This document shows positions 50,500-61,762 of a DNA stretch of 64,000 bases, piece after piece. The first letter of the stretch is position 1; every line of letters begins with the position of its first letter. The DNA is from Massalongia carnosa (Eukaryota): NCBI GenBank assembly GCA_965645245.1, contig OZ287070.1:806001-870000 (forward strand), written 5' to 3'. Position numbers and translations under genes: made by a program. Under the pieces are notes generated by a model, which was not told the DNA's origin, did not search any database, and was given only the letters and a program-made list of their open reading frames with translations.

Positions 50500-51000
50500 G
50501 TGAGCGATGACATTTATAGATAAGACGAAGTATATGGCACTCCGAAAGGCGACAAAAAACAACTTAGTAACATTCAAGATAAACACTGTATTTTCCTATG
50601 CTTGTCTGTTTTTGTATGCTTCATTGAAAACTTAGTTTGTGCTGGGGTTTTTCCTTTTAAAAGGGCCTGGTAATTGGACGATGAGAAGATAAGCTCCCAC
50701 ATCTGACTATATTTGCCATACATGGTGCTCATTAGAGGATTAGGATCATGATTTCGAGGGCAAGGTACAACGATTCTCATAAACTATGCAGGAAAATAAG
50801 TTTTGCCTGAAGTTTCGTAGTCAACTGTGCGGCCAACATGCCCTGCCCGCGTCTGCAAAACTCCCAAAAACCCACCGTACAACCTTCCCGCTTGTTCTAA
50901 TTCTCTTATATAAGTCCTAAAGATATCGTCTCCTCTTGTCTCGCCTTACATTCCGCTTCTCTGAGGAGTTTCTCCTTCGTCCTGTCGAAAAACGAAAGCC

Positions 51001-52458
51001 CTACATCTTCCTCTTGCATTCTTCGCAATACCACTTGCCCACCGGCTCCTCTTTCATCCCCACGCAACTCCAATGGAACCATTCATACGGACACTCCTCG
51101 TTATCGCAGGCGACCATGTTCCCATAACTCACGTTGCGACAGGTGCAATATTTGCGATCATCGCCTTCACCCTCGCCGTCCTCCATCTCGGCATCAGATT
51201 CCCCTTCCTGTCCGTCGGCTTCGCTCAACGCACTCTCTTCGCCCGTGTCTGAGTGCGATGGTTTCGGATGCCCCGCAGGGGTACCCGCATTGCCGAGAGT
51301 GCTACCTTTCTTCCCAACACGGCGGCGGGACAGCTTTTTGTTGCTGGTGGCATGTGAGGCGCTTGAAGAGGGATTGAGATAGCCAATTCGTTGGTGGTGC
51401 GGAGGTCGTGAGGGTTTTTTGGAAGCCGGTCGTGGGCCGGCAGAAGAGCCACGGGATGCTACGGCGAGGGGAAGGGCGGCCTTGGGCGTGCCGGGGCCTA
51501 GGGAGGATTGCCGTAGAGAAGAAGAGGTGGGGGGAATGGCGAGGTGGTGGGGATTTAGGCGGCGGCGCTTGGATGGGTCTGTGGAGGGAGAGCGTGGGGT
51601 AACGCGCGGGTTCAGTAGTGAGGATTGGGGTGGTGGCTGAGCGATGTTGGTGTTGATGCTGGAGAGGAGGGGGGTGTTGGTGGTTATGGGGGGTAGGACG
51701 GTGGTACTGAGGGGTGAAGGATGCCGGTGAGTCTGCGGAGGCTTTTGCGCAAGGCGGGCTATGGGATGATTGGCGATTGTGGTGCTAGGACCAGCGTTGC
51801 CGGAGAGAGGATGAAGCGGTGTGGATGAAGCGGTGGTGCTGGTTGAGAGGGGGGGGGGACGGGAGGTGAGGGTCGAGGTATTGAGGAGGGACGGCAGCTG
51901 CGGGTCGATGGAGATAGCGCCTTCATTCTGAAGATCACGGATCTTGAAGTCGAGCTTTTTAATTTGCCGGTCAAGCTTTGCAGGAATAAGTGGTTAGTTT
52001 GAAAGAGAAGGAGAAAGAGATCGGGATCAAGATAAGTAAGTCGGCATGTATCATCATCCATCACAGGTAAGAGAAGTTATGGCAACTTACGACACTTGCA
52101 GCTTTCTCGCTTAACGCCACTTTTTCCTCTTGAACCGCCTGCGCGTGATCGAAGCTGGCGAGGATGCTCTTAGCATACGCCTCCTCCTTCGGGTTCGCCT
52201 GCCCGGTGCCATTAAGCTTGTTGAACTTCTGGATGCTGTTGTCGCGCGATGTGATTGCGTTGCGGCATTCCTGCACAATGCGATCTTTGGCTTGAATCTC
52301 TTCCAGGTAATGTACTATTTCTGCAGGGAGGTTGGCTACTTTTTTGGTTTGAGGACAGGTCAGTTTGGGGCCGGGAGTGAGTTTGAGGTTCAAAAGGGGG
52401 ATGCACCATCCTGAATGAACTGCTCCAGTACAGATGCTGCATCTTCTGTCATAGCCAT
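51001..52458 (-). CDS. YNG2: ING-family PHD protein, NuA4 subunit Yng2
   Basis: [34 protein letters not shown] (ING N-domain) and C-terminal PHD YCTCRNVSYGNMVACDNEECPYEWFHWSCVG...WYCEEC. Introns 52339-52406 and 51976-52090. Confidence 0.9.
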
Positions 52459-53321
52459 GTTCGATTTTTCCTTCTGATCCTTATTTCCCTTCTACTTCAA
52501 GATGCTAGCCCGTAACTTGACAAGAAGACGTGCAAGATTTTGTTAAAAAAAAAAACAAGAAGCCTGCCTTTAACTGCGATCTGGGTTTGACAAAGGGATC
52601 TTGTCGAAGCATGAAGATGACTGCTGGATTACGAATCCTACAAAACCAGTTGCATCTAATAGAAAAATGTCTCGCAGCGTGAATGAAAGTTTGCGAACTT
52701 GATCAAGATTGCTCTCAGACAATCAGAAAAGACTGTTGCGTGAAATTTCACCTTCCTCGTCATCCAAGATGTGGTTGCCTATTTGCGCTCCGATCGCAAA
52801 ACAATACTCCTAAAATTTTCAAAAACGCGGGTCTTGTAAAAAAGGAAAATCGTGATGATTTGTTTATAATCTTTGGGAAATCGACTTTTCTTGACCTTTT
52901 ATTGTTTTTAATCAGACAGCACAAGCACTAGAAAGAGTGGATGCGGTGTTGACATGATGTTAAGGGGGAATGGGAAGTGAAAAGCGGACGTCACCTTTGC
53001 CTCTTATTTCCACGTGACTCTGTAGTCACGAGGAGGCTCCGTTTCAAAAGTGGTCTAGCTTGGCTGTATAGTTAGCAAACGTCACGTGCCGACCGTCAGA
53101 CGAGGATGCAGCGTGGCAGCTCATCGAGTCCGAGTACGCCTGCAAGTACACGGTGCTTGGTACGAGTACTCTGCCATATTCACCATCAATGTCAATGTCG
53201 TTCATCTACTCCGCAGTCTACAACCTGGATTCATCTTGAATATGTTTCAAAGGAGCTGCCGGACAACCTCTCCTAGACTTTTAACCTGCCAACACGGTCG
53301 ATACTGCCAAAATTCGCATCC

Positions 53322-54793
53322 ATGGGAAGAAGCTCGATTGTGCAAGATTACCAACATCCCCAACCCGGCGCAACCTCAACCCTCACCCTCGATGAGAAGG
53401 TGCAGAGAGAAATTCTCAGCAATGGCATCCAGAGACCGAAAGGCTACACGGTCTCCTACCACGGCAACGCCGAGGTGGAAAAGATGCACTTTGGCCCCAA
53501 GCATCCCATGAAGCCTTGGCGGCTGACTCTGACCAACAAAATCGTCATGGCCTATGGCATGCATGAAGCCATGGATTTGTACCTGTCAAGAGCAGCCACA
53601 AATCAAGAGTTGACACAGTTTCATAAACAAGAATATATAGATTTCCTCCAAAGGTACTTCATACCAACGGTGGTTCACCACCACTTTAGCTTGTGAATCT
53701 AATACACGGCGGTAGGGTTACCCCGGCCGATCGCCTTGCTCCAGACCTAGGCAATGGAAGTTATCCCTACAATATGGGCGACGATTGCCCAATCTTCGAT
53801 GGCCTCTACAGCTACTGTTCCCTCTACGCCGGTGCCTCTCTCGACGCCGCCCGTAAGCTTACAAACCATCAATCCGATATCGCGATCAACTGGTCCGGGG
53901 GCCTTCACCACGCAAAGAAATCCGAAGCGTCTGGTTTCTGCTATATCAACGACATCGTGCTAGCCATCCTGCAGCTCCTCCTACACCACCCGCGCGTGTT
54001 GTACATTGACATCGACGTCCACCATGGCGATGGCGTCGAGCAAGCTTTCTGGTCCACCGACCGTGTCATGACGCTCTCGTTTCACAAATACGAAAAAGCA
54101 GTCTATTTCCCCGGCACGGGCGGCCTTGACACAACAGGGCCAAAATCGAACGCCAACCCCGGCGCCCACCATTCTCTTAATGTCCCCCTCAACGACGGTA
54201 TCGACGACTTTTCCTACACGAAGCTCTTCAAGGACATCGTCGGCCCCTGCGTCCGTGCCTACAATCCCACAGCCATTGTCCTACAATGCGGAGCCGACTC
54301 CCTCGGCGGCGACCGCTTAGGGTGCTTCAACCTCAACATCCAGGCCCACGGTGCTTGCGTCGCTTACACCAAGACCTTCAACCTGCCTCTCCTCGTCCTC
54401 GGCGGCGGCGGCTACACGGCTCGTAACGTAGCCCGGCTCTGGGCCTACGAAACGAGCGTTTGCGTTGGTGCCAAAGTTCATCCCGCCCTCCCTGCCCACA
54501 CCCCCTTTATCAATCATTTCGATCCCGACCGTACCCTTTTCCCCGCCCTGCACTTGAGCGGCCGCTACGACAACAAAAACAGTAAGGTGTATCTCGAGAG
54601 CGTTGTCGCGAACGTGATAGAGCAGCTGCGGTACCTACAGGGCAGCCCGAGCGTGCAGATGCAGCATGTGCCCCCCGATCTAGAGCTCGTTAGGGAGGAG
54701 ACTGAACGCGAGGTGCGGGAGGAGCGGGAAGGGCGAGAGAAGGTTCGGAGGGGGAAAGAGAGGGGGTTGGAGGGAAGGGGGGAGCTGCGATGA
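53322..54793 (+). CDS. HOS2: Class I histone deacetylase Hos2/HosA
   Basis: [63 protein letters not shown]. Intron 53654-53715. Confidence 0.93.
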
Positions 54794-55289
54794 GATGGGT
54801 GGCTTAGATATTTGGAGAGACTGGACAAGGAGTTATTGGGGGAAGATCGCGCTGGGTTGGGACTGGGTGTACCAGGGGTTGTGTTCTGCTTTCCCCGTCT
54901 TCCTTTCTTTCCAACCCATTCGTTATATGTCCCAAGACCTTTCGTGCACAAGACGCCCCGAATTCAAGGGCCAAAAAGCGTGATTCCCTAAGGCTGAGGT
55001 GCAATCACCCGTTCAATGCAACAAGAACCCTCACTACTAGCACCAAAAGCGACGTATTTATATGAATTCCCGCTTTGTCTTTCTCATCGCCGCCCTCCCC
55101 TACAAAGGAAAGTCTGGAACCTCTACACCTATCATACAAGAAATATTCCACCAAGCGAGCCGGGTTGGGTCCGCTACGTTATACTCAACTATACTTTGCG
55201 CTGTCTGTAAGTTTGTATGTGTATATTTGATGGAAAGTAGTCCGTGCATGCATGCATGCGCTCCGTTTTCCAGTGGCTCAATCTCCATC

Positions 55290-56914
55290 TCACCCGTAAA
55301 CGTATCTCCTCCCGCCCACTCCTCGAATCGGGCTCTCGGGCCTTAATCTTTCTCTCCTCCCGCTTGTTAGTTCCACGTTTGCATCCCTAGCAGTATCCCT
55401 ACTTGCTCTTTTCCATTCCCCATCCCGCTCCCACCCATGCTCGCGCCCCGGCCCCCGCCCCCATTCTCCAGTCTCCATGCTTCTTCTCCTCCTGATATCC
55501 ACCTCCCGCCCCCCCCATTCTCCTCCTGGTGCGAGCCTGACCCCTCGCGGAGGTTCCTCTTCCCCTGGCGTACTCCGGACGCTACCAGGCAGCTGGAACA
55601 CGCAGTTCGTTTCGCGCCAGCGAACGTTAAGGCCGCGGGCGTTGGGGCGTGGCTGAGTGGGGGGGAAATAGGATGACTGGGAGCCGGGTGGGTGGTGTTT
55701 GTTGGGGCTGTGATGATGGTCATGATGGTCATGATGGTCATGATGGGGGCGATAAGGGGTTGGGAGGTTATGGTTGGGCGCGCTGGACGATAGGAAGGCT
55801 GAAGAGTGGCGGCGTAAGAATGGAGAGGTGGGTGAATGCAGAATTGGACTGTTAGGTACGGAGTCGGTAGTTAGGCTTGAGGAGCTAGAGGAGCTGGAGG
55901 CAGTGGAGCTAGTGCTTGCAGAGTGGATATGTGGGCGTGGGCCAGGGCGAGTGTGAGTGCTGCTGGGGTGGTTGGTTGGCGTGCTGAAACCAGCAGGGGT
56001 AAGGCCGTCGCGGGAGAAAGTGAAGGGGTTTGGAGGGGGAAGGGTAGTGCCGCGGCGTTGCTCCAGGGGCCTGGAATCTTCAGGGCGGTGGGGAGGAATG
56101 ACGCGGGGGAGAATGTGGATGTCATTATGGGAGTGGGAGGAGAAGCGGGGGTCGGGTAAATAACCTGCTGCGCCGACGATGGATCGTTCATCGATGGAGG
56201 AGGTAACTGAGCTGTTGGGCTCACCGTTGTTGAGCGCGATGGAAGAATCGGGACGGAGCGGCGCCGCGCTACGGACTTGGGACGCTCGTGCTTCAAGCAA
56301 GAGTTTCTGTGACACGATGTCGTGCCACTCAGTCATCTCGACATCTGGCTCGCAGGGAAGAGCTTCCTTGGGAAGGAGGCTTGGGAAAGGGCGATTGCCG
56401 TCGGCAGGGTTGGTGATCTCGAATCTTTTGACCGCTTCTTGTAGGAAAGGGACGTGTTCCTTGGGCTCGAGGAGCAGCTGCACGGTCTGCCATCGCACAA
56501 AGCCTTGTGGCGTAAGGGCAGGGATAGATGGGGCCGCGAAGGGATCCCGTTCGGGTTGCAGGGTATGATAGCAGCCAAGGGACTGATAGATGAACGACAG
56601 GGAGGCTTGTGGGGTTTCAAGGAATAGAGGGTCGTAATCGCCGCCGACGAGACGGTAGAAGGCCGCTAGCTTGTTTGGGGTGAGGCATTGGGTGTCCCAG
56701 GGTGCAACATGTCTGTTCTGTTTGTGTTGTAGAGAAACCAATCGTCAGCTGAGAAGTTGGGGGGGGGGGGGGGGGTTACGGGTGCAAACGTGACAAAAGG
56801 GAATCTTACGATGTAGTTGGCGATACTGAGTAGAAGTTGCTCCAGCACGGGAGTTGGGTTTTTGTCCGGTTTGACCAAGTATCCCCAGTAGTCGGCTATG
56901 GCGGTGCTGGCCAT
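55290..56914 (-). CDS. Conserved fungal hypothetical protein (N-terminal globular domain; Pro/Ser/His-rich disordered tail)
   Basis: MASTAIADYWGYLVKPDKNPTPVLEQLLLSIANYI joins NRHVAPWDTQCLTPNKLAAFYRLVGGDYD...IPALTPQGFVRWQTVQLLLEP through intron 56718-56809. Confidence 0.8.
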
Positions 56915-58949
56915 AACTTTTTCTTGATGAAGAGGTAAATCCTGAAGCTTTCCTGCTGGGATTTTGCGAAATCTTTAGGGGACATCAGGGGAGAAGACGG
57001 TCATAGACGATGAGTGCCAGTCCAGAAGGATTGATGTTTCATCATTTACACCGCAAAGATAGGGATGATATGATTGCGGACATGGTGAGGAGAGGAGAGG
57101 TGGCCTAAGTATCAAGGCGATAATTGAGTTTTCGAGATTAGAGCCAATCGCTCGCCACAGCATGGGCTGAGGGAGGGAAGGATGACCGGATCCGTCATCA
57201 TTGGTGGCGGCATCTGAACAAGCAATGTATTCGGATTTGAGTCACTTCAGCTCAAAGGAACTTGGTATGACTGTTGGGTCTTGAATCAAGCAACATGGGC
57301 CAACGTACAATGTCAATACGTCCACAACCTGTCACCTAGAAGCCAAGATGAAAGCACGTTCACGCCATGTACGGTTAAGGAGTAAATCAACAAGGCTACG
57401 GGGTCACCATTGTGCCGTATATACTCTGTACGCCGTCCATTCTAATAGCTACAGCAGCCCTGCGATGGAGGCCCTGGGCTTTAAAGGTACCATAAATGAT
57501 TGCCTGGAACGAGGAAAGGCTTGATTTATGGTCTACAATCCCATTGCCAATCGACCGGTCGACCACAGCTCACGTCCCCCCTTAAGTACTCTCGTTGAGA
57601 CGGGAAAGCTTTGGGCAGATAGAGTCATAGGGTAGTGAGCCAAGTGGTACCGAAGATGGCAGTGTAGAAGAAGGTGAAAGCTACGACTACAGCGCCATAG
57701 AATCCTTGATGAGGCGCTTCAATCGGGGCGTACTTGTCCATGATTCCAGCAACAAGGAGAACTATTGCCATAGCGACAACACCCTACACCATCATCGTAG
57801 CTACGCTAGATCAACAATTACATCAACCATATGTTCGGGAAACTTGGACCCGCCCCGTCAGCCGTATCTATTAAGAGTCATCGCAGCGAAGACGATCGAA
57901 AACATACTACTACTATCGTAAAGTCCCGCCAGCATTTTTGCTCAAGTGCAAATCAAAACGGGTATCTTGGAACAGATCGACAGCGTACATACATATACCG
58001 CGATAACCCCTATACCAACGTGTTCTATTCCACTTGGAGTCGGCTAGCTCAGGTTGATCCCTGGTAGGTAGTTTGTTTACCTTGTAGCCAGACTGCGAGG
58101 GTAAACCACCAGCAGATTTGCCCGGGCGTACTTGTACTTGGGAAAAAGCTTGGCCTAGTTATGGTTGTATTTGAAGTTTTGAACGCAAATTTTACAACCC
58201 GCTTGATGTTATTCAATTCGCGTTCAGTATCGCCCTCCCAGGTAGCCTTAGGGGGGTTTCGAGCCTCTTCTTCTCGGCCTACCTTCATCAGCTACTGAGA
58301 CGATTCGGGGAAGAAATTGATACCAAAACCCGATGAAGGAGATGCAGATAATCTGTAGTGCCAGTAGGGCACGCCATGCCTTTTCCTTGTAGAATATAGG
58401 AATGCCAAAAGTCACCCCAGTAGGCTAATGCCAGTCCGGCAATATTCTTGACGGCAGCCACTTACGAAGAACTTCTGGTATTTCCATAGCTCCAGATATT
58501 GGATTAACTCTGCCCTTTCTCCATCCTGGGAGTAGTCGCCAGTCGAACTCTAGATGGGAGTTTTTTCAGGAGGGCTTGTTTTCTCGACATGATGCTTCTT
58601 CAAAAAACTTCTGCGAAGACACGACGTCTGCACGGTGGGTAACCATAGAGCTACTGATCAGAGATATATGAGAGACAGATATGTACAGAGTAGAATAACC
58701 AATATGGGTTAAAATTCGGGAGCTTGATGATGCAAGATCAGTTTAATTCTCTTTTTTTAAATTTTATATTATTAGTTCTAATTAAGACACACATAAAAGA
58801 AGTAACTCAACGCATGATCATCAGATCTTCTCGGGGTATGTTTTTTGAAACGAGGTAGTGAAACTAGGCAAGCCTAGCATAGGATCGAATGGATATAAGT
58901 GGATGTGGTTTGCCTATACTTTTCATATGAATGCTAAAGCATGCTTAAT

Positions 58950-59665
58950 ACCCTGGTCAGGACCCGACCCTGTCCGTCTCGAGAAATACATCACGGCACG
59001 CCGAATTATCGGAAAGCACGCAAAGACCATTACAGTACGAATCAAGGAGCGTTGGGAGACCAGGTGGAAGGCGTATCAGGACCGCGTTCCCTACCCAACA
59101 GAGGCACAGCTCGGACCACTCAACAGAACTAGATTGAAGATTCATGACAACTTGATGAAGGCGGAAAGCGCGCTAACCACGCAAATCCGCACTGAGAAAA
59201 TAGGTTTGGCAAACTTCCTGTTCAATCGTCGGGTTCCGGGAGCTATGACTCCAGCTTGCTCGTGTGGCTGGCAGAAACAGACTGCCAAACACATCATATT
59301 ACACTGCAGACTAATCGAAGGCAGATATGAGCTGCTCAGACAATTGGGCACCCACGACTACCGGACGATTACGCGTTCGTCGAAAATGCTGAAAAAGCTA
59401 ACTGCATGGATAATAAAAGCAAACTTGTTAGCACAGTTCTCACTAGCATCGCAAATGTTATACGAGATATAACTTCTCATTTTCGTCAAGGATTCTAAAG
59501 AAAAACGATCACAGAGAGCAGCCTGTTGCCAGCGAGGCTCCGGAGGTAGTGCGTAGTCTACGGGGTTTTTATTCCCAAGAAGGGTTTTCCTTGTATGATA
59601 AACATAGACAGCCCGCATGGGCCGGCCTTCGGCCGGTGTCATATCGGAATAAGAATAAATCAATC
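58950..59665 (+). mobile_element. 5'-truncated non-LTR retrotransposon (LINE, probably Tad clade), 716 bp
   Basis: 14-bp TSD AAAGCATGCTTAAT at 58936-58949 and 59666-59679. ORF2 C-terminus with TQIRTEKIGL..FL and CCHC finger CSCGWQKQTAKHIILHC (stop at 59472). 3' UTR ends TAAGAATAAATCAATC. Confidence 0.92.
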
Positions 59666-60368
59666 AAAGCATGCTTAATGATGTCAAGGCAGCCGCAACG
59701 TAATAACAGGTTTGGTAAATATGTAACTCGGTACGAAGCACGTCGTGATTATTCTTCCTTCGACCACAAAAAACGGTGATGATACTGTGCTACCAAAACG
59801 CTATGCTTGGAAAGAGTTGAAAGAACTGAACTTGAAAGAAAAAACATTGTGCTAGCAAACTTGATGTTTGCATTACATAAGCATTAAGCTCGGGAGGTGG
59901 ACCTTTAGTTTCGGCGATACTTACGTTGCATCAAAGGGTTCATACCAAGCATCCTTCGTGCTTGAGTAAGAGGCATAAGCAGTCTCCCGGAGAGTGGACA
60001 GATAGGTTTGGCTTTCTTGAATAGAAGGTACGCCAGCCAGTATATTGGGAGGCCTAATAGGCCGAGTAAGCTATCAATTGCTCAATAACTGTAAAGCATT
60101 AATATAGTTGGTAGGCCTGCCTTGCCCTTGGATAGTAGCACCAAATTTCTCAATTTCGCTCCAGCTCCGCTGCTCGTCAATTCGTAGCTGGTCGGCACAG
60201 CAACTTGGCCTTCGGAACTGGTTCCCGCATCACGAATAAAACCCCGACAACATTCGGTTTGTTGTACATAAACGCCAACTCTACTAGGTATCTTTAATCA
60301 CGCCCCTCTTGATTATTCAACGTAGAAATCCCAAATTAGGCTCAACCAGATACCTTTTCTCATTAAAG

Positions 60369-61494
60369 TTAGATCTCAAGCCATTCTTTAAAATATTCGC
60401 ATGTTCTCGCATTTACTGGCCCTCCTTCCTCACAGATATCAGCAACAGGACATCGGCCACAAGGTGACTCTGTAAGCCCATTTTCCAATACCTGGCTAGT
60501 TTCATCATCATATCGGCGTGCCGCCTTGTAGGCCTTTCCATTAAGGACTCTTTGCAATCGGCCATCCCAGCAAAGGACGTCTAGCAGCTGCTTCATTTCT
60601 GCTTCTCTCATGATTACTCCTGAGAGCCCCGATACGTTGATAGCTTTTGTAATTTCAGGAATGGTTGGATATCCGATGTAGCCAGGAGGCATTGGCAACG
60701 GGCCTACATTTCCCCCAGAGCCTTTTCCATCTAATTTCATAGCTCGTAACTCCTCTGCTTGCTCTGACGACAACTTAAGCTTGTTCTTTCTTCTTCCAGG
60801 GTCATTAATCGGCGGATGCCACCAGCTTCTCCCAATTACGTACTTCTCAGTCCAATACGACATTTGGTGGACGAACTCTTCGTCTAAGACCCCATCCGTG
60901 TAATAAGGTCCTCCGGTAACGTCTTCGGAAGGCTGTAAATGGTAGAGCATATACGTCTTGCGACCTGGAAACCTGACAGATTTAATTGGCTTGATAAACT
61001 GCTTCGTCTCTAAACTTTTGAGACATCTATTCATGACCGTCATATGCAAATTGGTTCGCGCTCTTAGTACTTTAGTCCATATACCCTCCCGCCCAGATGA
61101 TTCGACATAAGAGTAGATCAGGGCCTCTTCCGCACCAAGGGACTTATACCTAATATTAAAGTTAGTGTCACCATGATTCTTTGAATTTCTTACATTGTCA
61201 TCGCTAAGCATACTTTGCAGCATCATCTCTCTTGACGACTCTCCAGCACGCCCGACCATCTCTTGACCAGAGCTTAAATAGTCCATCCTTTGTAAGCTGC
61301 CTCGTACATAAAAGAAGCTGTTGGAGATCATTGTTGGGAATAACATTGAGAGAGAGAAGGTCATTTTGGCTAAACACTCTCTCAGCCGGTTGATTGGCAC
61401 AACGCGCATACAACGCGTTCTTGAGCTCTTTTTGGCTGGATACTGTACTAGGTTCTACATCTTCAGCTTTGGCAATATCGTCTTGTTTTGCCAT
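60369..61494 (-). CDS. RPC34: RNA polymerase III subunit C34 (Rpc6)
   Basis: IYSYVESSGREGIWTK, RKTYMLYHLQPSEDVTGGPYY and C-terminal Fe-S motif PCGRCPVADIC...CEYFKEWL. Intron 61150-61213. Confidence 0.93.
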
Positions 61495-61629
61495 ATTTTG
61501 CGTCATCGAGTTGGTAGTACCTAGCGAATGCTTCACAGCGTACGGCTGACATCGGTTGGTTTAAATGCCGAAGTGCGGAATTGTTTAGCATGCTGTAGGG
61601 CTGTACATAGGGCTGAGAATCATAGCTTC

Positions 61630-61652
61630 TTCCAGTAACTTCGATCATTTTC
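61630..61652. promoter_or_regulatory. Step-type heat-shock element upstream of STI1
   Basis: TTC-N7-TTC-N7-TTC (TTCcagtaacTTCgatcattTTC), 110 bp upstream of the STI1 ATG. Confidence 0.55.
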
Positions 61653-61762
61653 GCTTGACATAATTGCTCGAGTGGTTCTGAACGTCATTATGCAACCTAT
61701 CATTCCTTATTGACCTTCAACATCTCTATCTAACTTCTTCTCTTGTCTAGTAGACAATAGCA

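Noticed and set aside
55711..55745. (ATGATGGTC)n tandem repeat
   Set aside because: Coding microsatellite for HHDHHDHHDHHH in a disordered region; not an independent element.
58858..58949. N-terminal part of the 204-aa ORF as a host-LINE fusion gene
   Set aside because: It starts at GTG in flanking DNA upstream of the TSD; a chance open frame with no evidence of expression.
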